64,000 nt of DNA from Octopus bimaculoides (GCF_001194135.2 NC_068990.1:5888157-5952156); one strand, 5' to 3'. Counted from the stretch's first letter, positions 25,446-37,700 are shown. The notes: a model not told the origin generated them from the sequence alone. Numbers and translations are program-made.

Positions 25446-26768
25446 CACGTGTGTAGGTCCAGNNNNNNNNNNNNNNNNNNNNNNNNNNNNNNNNNNNNNN
25501 NNNNNNNNNNNNNNNNNNNNNNNNNNNNNNNNNNNNNNNNNNNNNNNNNNNNNNNNNNNNNNNNNNNNNNNNNNNNNNNNNNNNNNNNNNNNNNNNNNNN
25601 NNNNNNNNNNNNNNNNNNNNNNNNNNNNNNNNNNNNNNNNNNNNNNNNNNNNNNNNNNNNNNNNNNNNNNNNNNNNNNNNNNNNNNNNNNNNNNNNNNNN
25701 NNNNNNNNNNNNNNNNNNNNNNNNNNNNNNNNNNNNNNNNNNNNNNNNNNNNNNNNNNNNNNNNNNNNNNNNNNNNNNNNNNNNNNNNNNNNNNNNNNNN
25801 NNNNNNNNNNNNNNNNNNNNNNNNNNNNNNNNNNNNNNNNNNNNNNNNNNNNNNNNNNNNNNNNNNNNNNNNNNNNNNNNNNNNNNNNNNNNNNNNNNNN
25901 NNNNNNNNNNNNNNNNNNNNNNNNNNNNNNNNNNNNNNNNNNNNNNNNNNNNNNNNNNNNNNNNNNNNNNNNNNNNNNNNNNNNNNNNNNNNNNNNNNNN
26001 NNNNNNNNNNNNNNNNNNNNNNNNNNNNNNNNNNNNNNNNNNNNNNNNNNNNNNNNNNNNNNNNNNNNNNNNNNNNNNNNNNNNNNNNNNNNNNNNNNNN
26101 NNNNNNNNNNNNNNNNNNCATACAAAATCCCTTGACTAGAAAATGAAGACTAAAATTTGTGAAATTATTGGAACTTACCTGAAATTTGTCTCAGGTCTTC
26201 ATTTACTGTATACAAGCTAGAGATAGCTTTGGAGAATGCAGCTATTTTCTCTTTATAGTTACTGCTGCTGATGATGCTGCTGCAGTTACTGTTGTTGATG
26301 GTTTTTGTTGTTGTTGTTGCTGCTGCTGATGCTGTCGGTGTTATTATAGTTGCTTTACTTCTTCTTCGTCTTATTATTACTATTGTTGTTGTTGTTATCA
26401 TTATCCTTATCGCTTCTCCTGCTATGAAGTAATAGCTGTTATTTTACACATGATTTTTGTTATATTTTTTGTCTTTGTTTTGTATCGATTTGAGTTCTTA
26501 ATTTTAATATTTCATTTGTCTTTTCTAATTTTACACTCAGAAATAATATGTGATTGATCCGTAACTATTTTTTTTCCTTACACAATCTTTTTTTTTATTA
26601 TTATTATTATTTCAGATTAGAAATTTTAAAAATCAGTTTTAATTCAGTAATTATTGAATAATTTAGCTATTTTATTGAATGATCGATTGAATATATGTCA
26701 GTTAATTGTATTGATCACACGTAATATATACTTATAAATATTTTATTTATTTCTCGTTTTCATTTTAG

Positions 26769-26802
26769 ATTTCATCAGATTGAAGTTCTTCAGATTATAA
26801 AT
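26769..26802 (+). CDS. Candidate exon B (phase 2-0): (R)FHQIEVLQIIN
   Basis: Acceptor TTTATTTCTCGTTTTCATTTTAG, donor |GTTAGT. The only open frame joins A and C in phase. Confidence 0.55.
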
Positions 26803-27230
26803 GTTAGTTAATAAATTATATGTGTGTGCGTGTGTGTGTAATTATGTGTATACATGCGTGTGTATGTGTATTTGAGTGTACCTGCATGTAGATAAACAAT
26901 ATTCTTAACTACGAACTTGAACACGTGTACATGAGTGTATATATGTATGTGTACATATATTTGTGCGTGTGCACACATGTGTATATGTGTGCGTGTGTGA
27001 ATGTATATGTATATGTAGGTTGTTAGGTATCATATTCAGCCTACACTATTTCTAGCACAGTGTACGGCAAAATATTCACCCCACCACCAGTTAACAGTAG
27101 ATCTTATTGGACAATCGACTGAAATGAACAGCTATTCCGCCCATTCTTTTTAACGAGGATAGACGCACACATACATACATTATAGAGTCATCTGTTGACT
27201 ATATATATATTGATAGTAACATTCGGAAAC

Positions 27231-27302
<72 letters not shown>

Positions 27303-27406
27303 TGTTATCAGTAAGTTTTATAAATATTTCTTATAGCTTCTTTTTCTTTACAAGAGAAATTGTGTAGACGCAGCATAAACAAGTCACTTAGAAATTCATT
27401 TTGCAG

Positions 27407-27486
27407 TCAAAAGTTCTGACTGGCATCTTGGACAAATTTCATTTTCGAGAGCTACATGTGGTCCCATATTTTGCGAGTGAAATGGG
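27407..27486 (+). CDS. Candidate exon C (phase 0-2): SKVLTGILDKFHFRELHVVPYFASEM(G)
   Basis: Acceptor AATTCATTTTGCAG, donor GG|GTAAAA. Only the phase-0 frame is open over 80 nt. Confidence 0.55.
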
Positions 27487-27786
27487 GTAAAAGTTGGATG
27501 TACTTGTAATTCAAAAAGTACACCCTTGTTATACAGTATTTCGCAGTTGATTCTGCCTGAAAATTACATTCAGGGTGCATGAGTCTGTATATTCTTGAGC
27601 ATAGTAACTTCGGTATAATATTTACTGAGTATTTGGTAGGTTAAACTGCATTACGAGCTTTGACTTATAAGGAACATAACTTTGAATATATATTGCTCTC
27701 TACAAGGCTTTACATGACCTATGTCTGAGATGTTATTTCTCATTCGGTCTGTGATTGGCACATTTTACTTCAACTTACTGTTTAGA

Positions 27787-27870
27787 CTAGTGGTTCCCAA
27801 ACTTCTACTCACGGCGCACCTTACAAGAAGTCAAAATATTTTGGCGCATTTTGTACATAAATTCTAAAAT
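27787..27870 (+). mobile_element. Left end of a hAT-type MITE (no matching right end found)
   Basis: TAGTGGTTCCCAAACTT resembles the CAGTGGTTCCCAAAC terminus of Charlie-group hATs. Confidence 0.45.
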
Positions 27871-28257
27871 TTATTCAAAAGGGCTTTTATAAATATTAGC
27901 ATAACATAAACTATAAAGTAATATATAGATAATTAAAAATACAGAGAAATTGCGTGTACTTACAAAGTTATCAATGAGAAACATGTTTTTTGAAACGTTT
28001 TCAATATTGGGACGTATTAGAAAAAGACAAACCCTCAATTCTTCTTCGTTTTTTGGATTTGATGTTATTGAGGGCTGAAAACCCCAACTCACATAACTCG
28101 GCCAGAGAGTAAAAGCTCAATTTCGGCCATTATCAATAATATTGCTTCTAATCTGGAGGCACCGGCAAGAAACTTGCCGGGAATGGGACCAAAACATAAC
28201 AAGACGAGACCGTTAGTGAACGGTCGAGGGACAAAACAATAAACAGAAGATTTAGAG

Positions 28258-28342
<85 letters not shown>

Positions 28343-28949
28343 TGTGAATTTGCTAAATAAATAATTTTTCTTCTGAAATCATACTGTATTAGCTTTTACA
28401 ATTATAAATATATATATATGTATATTATCGTATAATTGTGGTATATATTAGAAATTAATGGCCAATTTCCCATTGTTAAGTGCTGAGATTTTTAAAAATA
28501 ATATCTTTGAATATATTATATTTAGGATTAACTTAAGCGTTTAAATTTGAAGATTTAGCTTCAAATTTTTATTTATTCAATACTGAACGCTTTCTTAAGA
28601 ATGCTTGAACAAACTATAAATATCGGAAAATTTTCCAAGATTCAACTTAAAGGGTTCAGAACATTTAAATACCTGTCTTAGTATTTAATATAAGAGTTTT
28701 TCTATTTCTATTTATTATAATTTTCATTTTATTTCCCCCTATCTAAATTCAATCATCTTTCTGTATATTTTATATCTTTGCTATATAATTTAACTTTATT
28801 TTACTGTTTATATACAACGATATTATCTATAAAAAATAAAATCAGGATAAAATGCAAAAATAATGTAACTGGGCAAATAACAATTATGTTATCTTAAAAC
28901 ATCATTCGCGTCTCTTAAATGTACAAACTGTTTTTCACTTTATTATCAG

Positions 28950-28979
28950 GAAGAATCATAAATCAACTTTATCATTGAC
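28950..28979 (+). CDS. Candidate exon D (phase 2-2): KNHKSTLSL(T)
   Basis: Acceptor TGTTTTTCACTTTATTATCAG, donor |GTATGT. The only open frame is compatible with C. Confidence 0.5.
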
Positions 28980-29330
28980 GTATGTTTATTTTCAATTTAA
29001 GATGGAAAACTAAACTCTAAAAAGCTAATGATATTTAAGACGATACAGCTGATGTTAAAATATTGTAAATTCCTTCAAAGCTCGAAGGGATTTTAAGAGC
29101 AGGCGTTTGGTTTTATTTTCTAGATTTTGAGGAAATAAAAGAAATGAAAATCTCCCTTGAATACAACACGAGCCAATTTATATTGCACAATACGAATTAT
29201 TAGATTAATAGTGTCATGCAGAATTAATTGAATTTTTCAATATACGACAACTGGGTGCCGGATTTGGTAATACTTAGAAAGGTCTAAAACACAATTTGGA
29301 AGCTACTCCTTATTCTTAGTTTCATGACAG

Positions 29331-29413
29331 ATCCACCATCTTGGATAGCACAATCGATTAACTGAGATTGAGAAGTTTTCACCTCGCCCGCCATGATCAG
29401 ATTAAAGTTTCAG
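29331..29413 (+). CDS. Candidate exon E (phase 2-1): STILDSTID*LRLRSFHLARHDQIKVS(G), in-frame TAA at 29359-29361; short form 29367-29413 is stop-free
   Basis: Bridges D (phase 2) to F (phase 1). Acceptor TTCTTAGTTTCATGACAG, donor AG|GTGTAT. A second AG at 29365-29366 is in the same phase but lacks a pyrimidine tract. Confidence 0.4.
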
Positions 29414-29469
29414 GTGTATGTTATATCTCACGTGATTAAATATCTCACGTGATTAAGTATGTTAGAACT

Positions 29470-30420
29470 CGAACTAACTATATATGGTATTTTCTTGGTC
29501 TCGGTCTTTCCTTGTGCAAGTCTCAGTCGTTTCTTGGTTATGTATTTGTCTTTTTTAGGTCTGATATTTGTTCTTTCTTACTCTATATCTTTTCTTTATC
29601 TCGTTTCGGCCTTTTCTTAATCTGTTCGAGGTCTTCCTTGGTCTTACCCCAACCTTTGTTAATTTAGTTTTTGTTGTTTCTTAGTCTAGTCTCGGTTGTT
29701 TCTTGTTCTCGTCGCGGCCGCTTCTTGGTCTAGTCTCAGTCTATCTTAGTGTAGTCTCGATTTTATTTCGGTTTCGATCTCGATCTTTTCTTGCTTATGC
29801 CTCCGTCTTTTTTTGGTCTGCTCTCTGTTGTCTTGGTCTGTTCCTCGTGTAGCTATAGTCTCGGACGTTTTTTGTCTTAACTCGGTTTTTTTCTAGAGCT
29901 AACCGTAATGTGTGTTTCAGTCTCGTTTCGGTCTTTTCTTGATCTTTCTGTCTTTTTTCACCTGTTCTTAGTATTTCTTCGATGTCCATCTTTCACTGAT
30001 CAGGTTTTGGTGTTTTTTTTACTCTGGTTTTGATCATTTTTCGGTCATGGTGTTTTCTTGATCTGGTCTAACTCTTTTCCTGGTCTACTCTAGGTCTTTA
30101 TTGTTGTCAGTCTTTTCTCTGTCTAGTGTCTGCCTCAGTCTTTTCTTGATTTCATCTCAATCTTTCGCTATTTGGTCTCAATGAATTTTCGGTCTCTGTC
30201 TTTTCTTCTCATGGTGGTTTTCGTTGTGTCATCTCAGCCTTTTCTCCGTACGGCATTAGCTTCAGTCTCTTCGTCTGGTTTCTGTCTTCGTCTTTTCTTC
30301 CTTTTGAACATCTTTAGACTTGTCTTTCGTTTCGGTATTTTCTTGCTCTCATCTCGGTTTCTTATTGGTGTGATCTTAGTCTTTCCAGAACCGTTTATTG
30401 GGTCTCCTCTTTCTCTGAGT
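29470..30420. repeat. Degenerate, strand-asymmetric T/C-rich array (TTTTCTTGGTCT/CGGTCT-like units)
   Basis: About 950 bp with very few A on +; GTCT/GGTCT recurs dozens of times at irregular spacing. Confidence 0.75.
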
Positions 30421-31003
30421 GAGGTGAATGAAACATTATTACACGGGCTGATATTAATTAAGCATAATTTTGGCGAGTGTATAACAATAGTTACATTTCA
30501 ATTTATTGAACTTCCCCTCGGTGAAGCATAGGCGTTTCTATTTTGGCAAACTCGTGAAAATAAAATATTATTCTGAAATAAATTTCATACTAAAGCCTAT
30601 ATATTAAATTAACACAAATTTAATGAGTCGGAAACATTTACATTTTATATTAAATTATTTACTAATCAATATTTATAATATCATTGCTAGACACAGCTTA
30701 CCTTACATAAACAGACATACAAAATACACAATAACACGCAATATAATTATACATATATGTATGTATACATATATGTATGTATACATATATGGCGGGGGGT
30801 TGTGGTGTGTGTGTTTGGTGGCTGGCTCTGTTGGAAAGAGGCTGCGATTATGGAAATAATTTTTCTTTAAAAATAATGTTATTTACATCAAAGAAGTAAT
30901 TACCATTAACTTACTAATCGTTATCATTGCATAAAGACGAAGATAACTAATCGTTATCATTACATAAGCCTTCCATTATTTTGCTTTGTTCCACTATTTT
31001 CAG

Positions 31004-31079
31004 GATTCATATCAGACAATTTAGTATTCCACTCCTCCAGGCTCGATAAAACTAAGCCAGCCGTTTACATCAATATGAT
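31004..31079 (+). CDS. Candidate exon F (phase 1-2): (G)FISDNLVFHSSRLDKTKPAVYINM
   Basis: Strong acceptor TTTTGCTTTGTTCCACTATTTTCAG, possible donor |GTAAAT. If unspliced it reads ATG TAA and could be terminal. Only the phase-1 frame is open. Confidence 0.5.
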
Positions 31080-31366
31080 GTAAATGTCTCTAAATAGCCC
31101 CTTGCTCTTTTAGTGTCCGGTGCATGACTTTAGTTCCAGAACATTAAACACATGAAAGATTTATCTTGTTAAATAGAGTACTGCTTTATTACAGGCAACA
31201 TTCTCGCATAACCTAGTAAATATTGTTAACAAGTTAACAACAAATTAAATTAGAGGGTTTATAAACAAAATGGAATGCTGGTAGAGGATTTCAACACGAT
31301 AATTCGTCTTTGTATGGAGTAACATAAGTTCACTGTAGACCTCTGCATTTGCTATTCCTCTTCTAG

Positions 31367-31435
31367 AAATGTGTGTGACCCTGTCGTGTATATGTACCTG
31401 TGATTTAAAAGATGCTGCTGCGGCACTGATTTTGC
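31367..31435 (+). CDS. Candidate exon H (phase 1-1): MCVTLSCICTCDLKDAAAALIL; not phase-compatible with F
   Basis: Acceptor TTTGCTATTCCTCTTCTAG, donor |GTGAGT, one open frame. Confidence 0.3.
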
Positions 31436-31511
31436 GTGAGTAACACGTTCAGGTTGCACGTATATTAAATGTGTATGAATCTCCGTGTGTATACATACAT
31501 ATATGTGTGTG

Positions 31512-31565
<54 letters not shown>

Positions 31566-31598
31566 TGTGTGTGTGTGTGTGTAAACCATAAAATGTCA

Positions 31599-31879
31599 GG
31601 AAGTATCAGAGGTGATTATATTTATTTAACCATTTCACATTCTTAGGATTACGGCCGTTTCGCAGCTTTCATCGGGTGATTATAATTTCAGAGTATAATT
31701 AATTATGTTTACATCATTGCATTACAGTTGTATATTCACATACCAGAGCAAATAAAGAAAACTAGTTCATCAGTTTACCAGAAAATCATGATTAGACCAA
31801 CGGTTCAACTCTTGCTGAAACGGTTGTAATCTTAAAGATGTCAAGTGGTTAAATAAGTATATTCACCTCTCATACCCCC
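31599..31879. mobile_element. MITE/foldback element with about 60-65-bp imperfect TIRs
   Basis: GAGGTGATTATATTTATTTAACCATTTCACATTCTTAGGATTACGGCCGTTTCG pairs with the reverse complement of GAAACGGTTGTAATCTTAAAGATGTCAAGTGGTTAAATAAGTATATTCACCTC. Confidence 0.8.
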
Positions 31880-32051
31880 AGACTCTTTTATGGTTTATAT
31901 ACAACTCATGAAGTAATTTCATTGATCGAATCTCCTGGATTTCAGGTCCATGAAGCTCTGCATTATACGCCTATCTATGAGATCTGTTAGCCGAGTCCGT
32001 TAGAGGAACTTTCTGTGGAAGCCACTCGATTCTATGAACACATATATTAGA

Positions 32052-32116
<65 letters not shown>

Positions 32117-32884
32117 NNNNNNNNNNNNNNNNNNNNNNNNNNNNNNNNNNNNNNNNNNNNNNNNNNNNNNNNNNNNNNNNNNNNNNNNNNNNNNNNNNNN
32201 NNNNNNNNNNNNNNNNNNNNNNNNNNNNNNNNNNNNNNNNNNNNNNNNNNNNNNNNNNNNNNNNNNNNNNNNNNNNNNNNNNNNNNNNNNNNNNNNNNNN
32301 NNNNNNNNNNNNNNNNNNNNNNNNNNNNNNNNNNNNNNNNNNNNNNNNNNNNNNNNNNNNNNNNNNNNNNNNNNNNNNNNNNNNNNNNNNNNNNNNNNNN
32401 NNNNNNNNNNNNNNNNNNNNNNNNNNNNNNNNNNNNNNNNNNNNNNNNNNNNNNNNNNNNNNNNNNNNNNNNNNNNNNNNNNNNNNNNNNNNNNNNNNNN
32501 NNNNNNNNNNNNNNNNNNNNNNNNNNNNNNNNNNNNNNNNNNNNNNNNNNNNNNNNNNNNNNNNNNNNNNNNNNNNNNNNNNNNNNNNNNNNNNNNNNNN
32601 NNNNNNNNNNNNNNNNNNNNNNNNNNNNNNNNNNNNNNNNNNNNNNNNNNNNNNNNNNNNNNNNNNNNNNNNNNNNNNNNNNNNNNNNNNNNNNNNNNNN
32701 NNNNNNNNNNNNNNNNNNNNNNNNNNNNNNNNNNNNNNNNNNNNNNNNNNNNNNNNNNNNNNNNNNNNNNNNNNNNNNNNNNNNNNNNNNNNNNNNNNNN
32801 NNNNNNNNNNNNNNNNNNNNNNNNNNNNNNNNNNNNNNNNNNNNNNNNNNNNNNNNNNNNNNNNNNNNNNNNNNNNNNNNNNNN

Positions 32885-32921
<37 letters not shown>

Positions 32922-33177
32922 TTAAACTTTTTCTTGGTTCTCTAAAGACTCTTCCTTCTGTTCTAACCTGATCAATTGTCTCGCAGGAGTTGAAATATTT
33001 TGGAAAGGAGGGAAATGGCCGATTACATAATACATTTGACTAACAGTTCGTAACTTCTACATAGTTATATCGCCCTCAGCTTACTCCTGATCAAATGCGT
33101 TTGAGCCGTTACTAATCACGGACCTAACAAACTAAGAGTATATTATTCGAACTGTTCTCCTTTTTCCAATCTTTGTA

Positions 33178-33420
33178 TCACGAAATTTTAGTGTCCCGGG
33201 ATTTTATTGTCGCGAGATCATAGTGTGTTGCGAGAGTTAGTATCTCAAGATTATTGCGCGTTACGAGATTTTAGCGTGTCACGAGACTTTAGTGATTTTC
33301 GTTAGTAGGAAAATTTTAGAGGGTTCTTCTGAGACCTTAATGTATCACGATATTTTAGTGTGTTCCGGTATCATATTCCTGTATGATAAATTATATTGAT
33401 GTGTCGTAAAATGTTTTGAG
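33178..33420. repeat. Diverged minisatellite, unit about 18-20 bp (GAGATTTTAGTGTGTCAC-like)
   Basis: Successive variants of ATTTTAGTGT..C.GAG. Confidence 0.7.
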
Positions 33421-33664
33421 GTCAAAATAATATATTTCTGATTAAAATTGAACATCGATTTCCTACTTTAACTGATATTGCTTACCGTTATATACGTTAA
33501 ATGGAACGTGTCGAGTAGAATGTTCTATCGAATAAATTACATTAAGTAGAATGCATTGGACAGAATACATTACTCTGCATACATGCTAGATGATGATTTT
33601 TTTTTTTTTTTTAAATAATATAATTGTGGCAAATTATGTTATTTTTGAGATCCAAAAATATTCT

Positions 33665-33877
33665 TTTCTACTCTAGGCACAAGGACCGAAATTTTCGAGG
33701 ATGGAGCCAGTCGATCAGATCAACCCCAGTACCCAACTGGTACTTAATTTATAGACCCCGAAAGGATGAAAGGCAAAGTCGACCTCGGCGGAAATTGAAC
33801 TCAGAACGTAAAGACAGACGAAATATCGCTAAGCATTTCCTCTGGCGTGCTAACGTTCCTGTTATCTCGCCGCCTTG
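33665..33877 (-). mobile_element. tRNA-derived SINE (cephalopod-type), relatively intact
   Basis: Reverse complement of the 61970 copy: GTTAGCACGCC..AAATGCTTAGCG.TATTTCGTC..TACGTTCTGAGTTCAA.TTCCGCCGAGGTCGACTTTGCCTTTCATCCTTTCGGGGTC. Confidence 0.85.
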
Positions 33878-34090
33878 NNNNNNNNNNNNNNNNNNNNNNN
33901 NNNNNNNNNNNNNNNNNNNNNNNNNNNNNNNNNNNNNNNNNNNNNNNNNNNNNNNNNNNNNNNNNNNNNNNNNNNNNNNNNNNNNNNNNNNNNNNNNNNN
34001 NNNNNNNNNNNNNNNNNNNNNNNNNNNNNNNNNNNNNNNNNNNNNNNNNNNNNNNNNNNNNNNNNNNNNNNNNNNNNNNNNNNNNNNNNN

Positions 34091-34163
<73 letters not shown>

Positions 34164-34869
34164 TTGTATGTATATATGTATATATGACTAAACTTTGTCC
34201 TGTTTATAATTATACCATATGTTACATATTTATTATATCATACCTTGATTCTGTGTGTACTAAGATACCCATTAAGAGGCTGCTGATATTTATAGAGTGT
34301 TAAACACTTTCGGTATGCAAATTAGGGACTCCTTCATAGAGTAACTGCTGCATTTGTTGAGTATATAAACATTTTGACAGCATGTTTATCTGGAGATTGC
34401 CAGAGTGATGTGGTCGCCACTGTTGAGAATCCAGTAAATTTCGAAAATCGATTAAGGTTGTTCATCGGGGCTTTTCTTCAGTCTGCAAAGAAATGGACAA
34501 AATTTGCCCTGTTTATAATTGAACCATCTGTTATATATATTATAGTTTGCACGTTCAGCCTGAGAAGAGTGTCATTGTCTCTCTAAATTTTAAATGCCAT
34601 GTAAAACTGCGACTTTCGTTTCGTCTCCATATCATAAATATGGGCTACAATATACGTATTGTAAATTTAGCAATGCGTCGAAATGTGCACGAGATGATAC
34701 GTAATAATCACAGCTTTATTGTGGCCAATTAGCATTTAATATTTGGTGATCCATTTGTCTCTTTTTATTGCATATTTTGAATCTATATTCTAAAATGCAT
34801 GACAATTCACCTATCTGACAATCGCTATTTCAAAGTAAAAAGATTGCCGGCCAGACAATAATTAATTTT

Positions 34870-35900
34870 TCATAGAAACAGAGCATGTATGTTGGAAGTG
34901 GGGCGACTTTAGTTGAAATTTATAAAGTCTAAAACAACTCTAAGCATGAGGAACACGTTAAACCAAAACGACTTTGCATTTAGAGAAGAGAGCAGTTTTA
35001 AATGAATCTTTATACAGATAGCAATCTCTTTTCACAAGATGTATTAATGAAAATACTTCTGTAATTTAAGCAATTTATGAAGTGTGTGCGAATTATTGCA
35101 CAAAAACAGTCATTCCAATCATGACTATTCTGTCTTTTGGTCGAGTACAGTATACCCAGGACCACATTATCCAGTGTGCTTTGGTTTTCTAAGATGGTAG
35201 CGTGTGATTGAAAATTAGCTGCTGTTTCTATTAGATCAAGTGTAGAGGCAGATGTTGCGTCATATGTGGTAGATTCTAAAACAAATGACTCAATGCGTTA
35301 ATCAGGAAAGAAACGAGAACCATCACATAGATTCTGATAGCTTAATAGCGTGTCATTGTCTTATTCATCAGTAAATTTTATGTTCACATTTTCTGAGAAT
35401 GAATAATGTGATGAAAGTGCTAACATGTATAAACTTCATAAATGAAATAAGAGATTGAACAACAAAGACTTCAAAAATATTTTGAAGAACCTTGAAATGG
35501 AATATGGTGATTTATTAGAACCATTAGGAGGTTCGCTGACTCATCGAAGAGTGCCCAATCAATCGCTTCTGTGAGCTGAAAGATGAAAGATGAAACTTTT
35601 CATGACATTAAAGGCATTCCCCATTATGTAACTAGAAGACCAAAAATGTTATTTGATAACTTTGATCGATATCACTTGCCATTTAAATGATCTAAGTTTG
35701 AAATTACAAGGCCGATGCAACGTATTACATTTTTTCTTGCCAACATCAAGAGCCTTGAATCAATGCTGCAATTGCTCATAACAAAACCGAAAACACGCTC
35801 GTGATACATTTTCCAACAACGAAAGAAAGGACAAAAAAAATGAGATGGCTAGAATGTTTCAGACTAATTTAATCTTTCAGATCGATTCTGAAACGGGTTT
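34870..35900 (+). mobile_element. Second, older GTF2IRD2/SPIN-like hAT transposase remnant, interrupted by a family-X repeat (about 35125-35360)
   Basis: Mosaic frames give QQSLFTRCINENTSV..IYEVC.IIAQK, then KNLEMEYGDLL..VRWLTHRRV..NRFCELKDE..LIDITCHLNDLSLKLQG. Confidence 0.7.
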
Positions 35901-36149
35901 CGAGATTTAAAAAATACTGGGCTGGGACAAGAAATATAAGTGATTTCTTTGACGTGATGAGGCAAGACCAGGCTCTTCATTTGGATTGACAGTTGATTTC
36001 TTTAACATCACATAATATACCTGTATCTAACTTTCCTACATATTTTGAAATAATACTATGTAGATATTGAACAATACCAACTTTTATGGAATCACGAATT
36101 GAAAATTGCATCAATATTTCCTAATACACAAGTGTTAATAGATTTCGTT

Positions 36150-37080
36150 AGTATTTAACTCAGCCACAAACCACCGATAAAATCACGATTAACTATCATT
36201 AATGTCAATGAATTTCAACCACAATCAATATAGCAGTCTGCCGCCATCGAAATAACACTCACTACCAACTTTCAATATAAGTAACCATTAACTACATAGA
36301 AACTGATTCTCAAAAAAGCAATCAACCATCTTAACAAAGACCAACTATCATTAAAATTACGACCAGCCGTTAAACTAACGAGCAATTACCATCAAAATAA
36401 CAACCAACGATCTTCAAAATAAAGATTAACAAGCATAAAAATAGCAACCAACCATTAAAATAACAGCACACATCATCAAAATAATGACAAACTATCTAAT
36501 AATGATCTTCCAATATCAAAATAACAATCAACTACGATCAAAATAAGGATCAACCATTATTGAAATAAGAATCAACCATAGAAATATTAAGCCGTTATCA
36601 CAATTATAACTAGCCAGTATCCAAATTACAATTAACCATTATTAAAATCACCACAACCCATCACAATAACGACCAGCCATCAAAAATAATTACCTATCAT
36701 CATCAACAAAACGTCGAATGATAATCAAAATAACGAGTAACCATTATCTAAATAACGAGCAAAGCCCACCATTAAAAAAAACAGTGATCAAATAGCATTA
36801 AAATAATGAGAGAAAACAAAACACCATTAAAATAGCGATTGATCCGCATCAAAACGACGACAGATCTCCAACAACATAAATTCCAGTCATCATCAAAATA
36901 AGGTCTACCAACAAAATACCGACAAACCCTTATCCAATAACAACAAAGCTTCAAGCTAATCCATCATCAAGATAACGATCCTCAAAATAATGGACCACTA
37001 TCAAAAATATCAGCCAACCACCGTCAAAATAACCAGTAACCATCAATTTAACGATCACTACCAGCCATCATCACCGAACA
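36150..37080. repeat. Diverged minisatellite, unit about 19-22 bp (CAACCATCATCAAAATAACGA-like)
   Basis: ATCAAAATAA/ATTAAAATAA and AACCAT recur at about 20-bp spacing; G-poor on +. Confidence 0.8.
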
Positions 37081-37499
37081 AAACTTTATTTTATGGCAAG
37101 ATAGTTTCTCTTAGTTGCGTAACATCTACTTTTTATTCAATAGGACTGATATTCTGATCCCTCGTCTTAATCTTAAAATTATTCTCATTTTTATTTTCTT
37201 GATTACTTTTTTTCTTCTTATTCTTATTTCTATTATTCAATTCCTGCTTCCTTTCATATACTTATTTTCATGACTCATTTATTCGTGTTTCTTAGTCTTA
37301 TTTTTATTATCATGATTTATTTTTTATTGTTTGGTTTTTGTTTCCTTTTTTTATTCTTATTCCCATTCTTATTCTTATTATTCACCATTTCCCTATTTTG
37401 TTTCTCACAAATTCTTATTCCTAATGGTTTTATTTATCCATTCTCTTTTGTAATCCCTTTCTTGGTTTTTATATTTTTACACTTACAGTTAATGAAGTA

Positions 37500-37629
37500 T
37501 ATATTTGCATCATCGTCATCATCATCATCATATGATCATCCCATCGGTACCACCTCTACCAACATCATCATCATCACCACCACTACTACTACCCTTATCA
37601 TCATCATCATAATGATGATCATCAACAAT

Positions 37630-37694
<65 letters not shown>

Positions 37695-37700
37695 TATTAA
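37500..37700. repeat. (ATC)n microsatellite with degenerate flanks
   Basis: Direct reading. Confidence 0.9.

Noticed and set aside
29795-30531. Charged (minus) and hydrophobic (plus) ORFs in the T/C-rich array
   Set aside because: Compositional by-products of the degenerate repeat.
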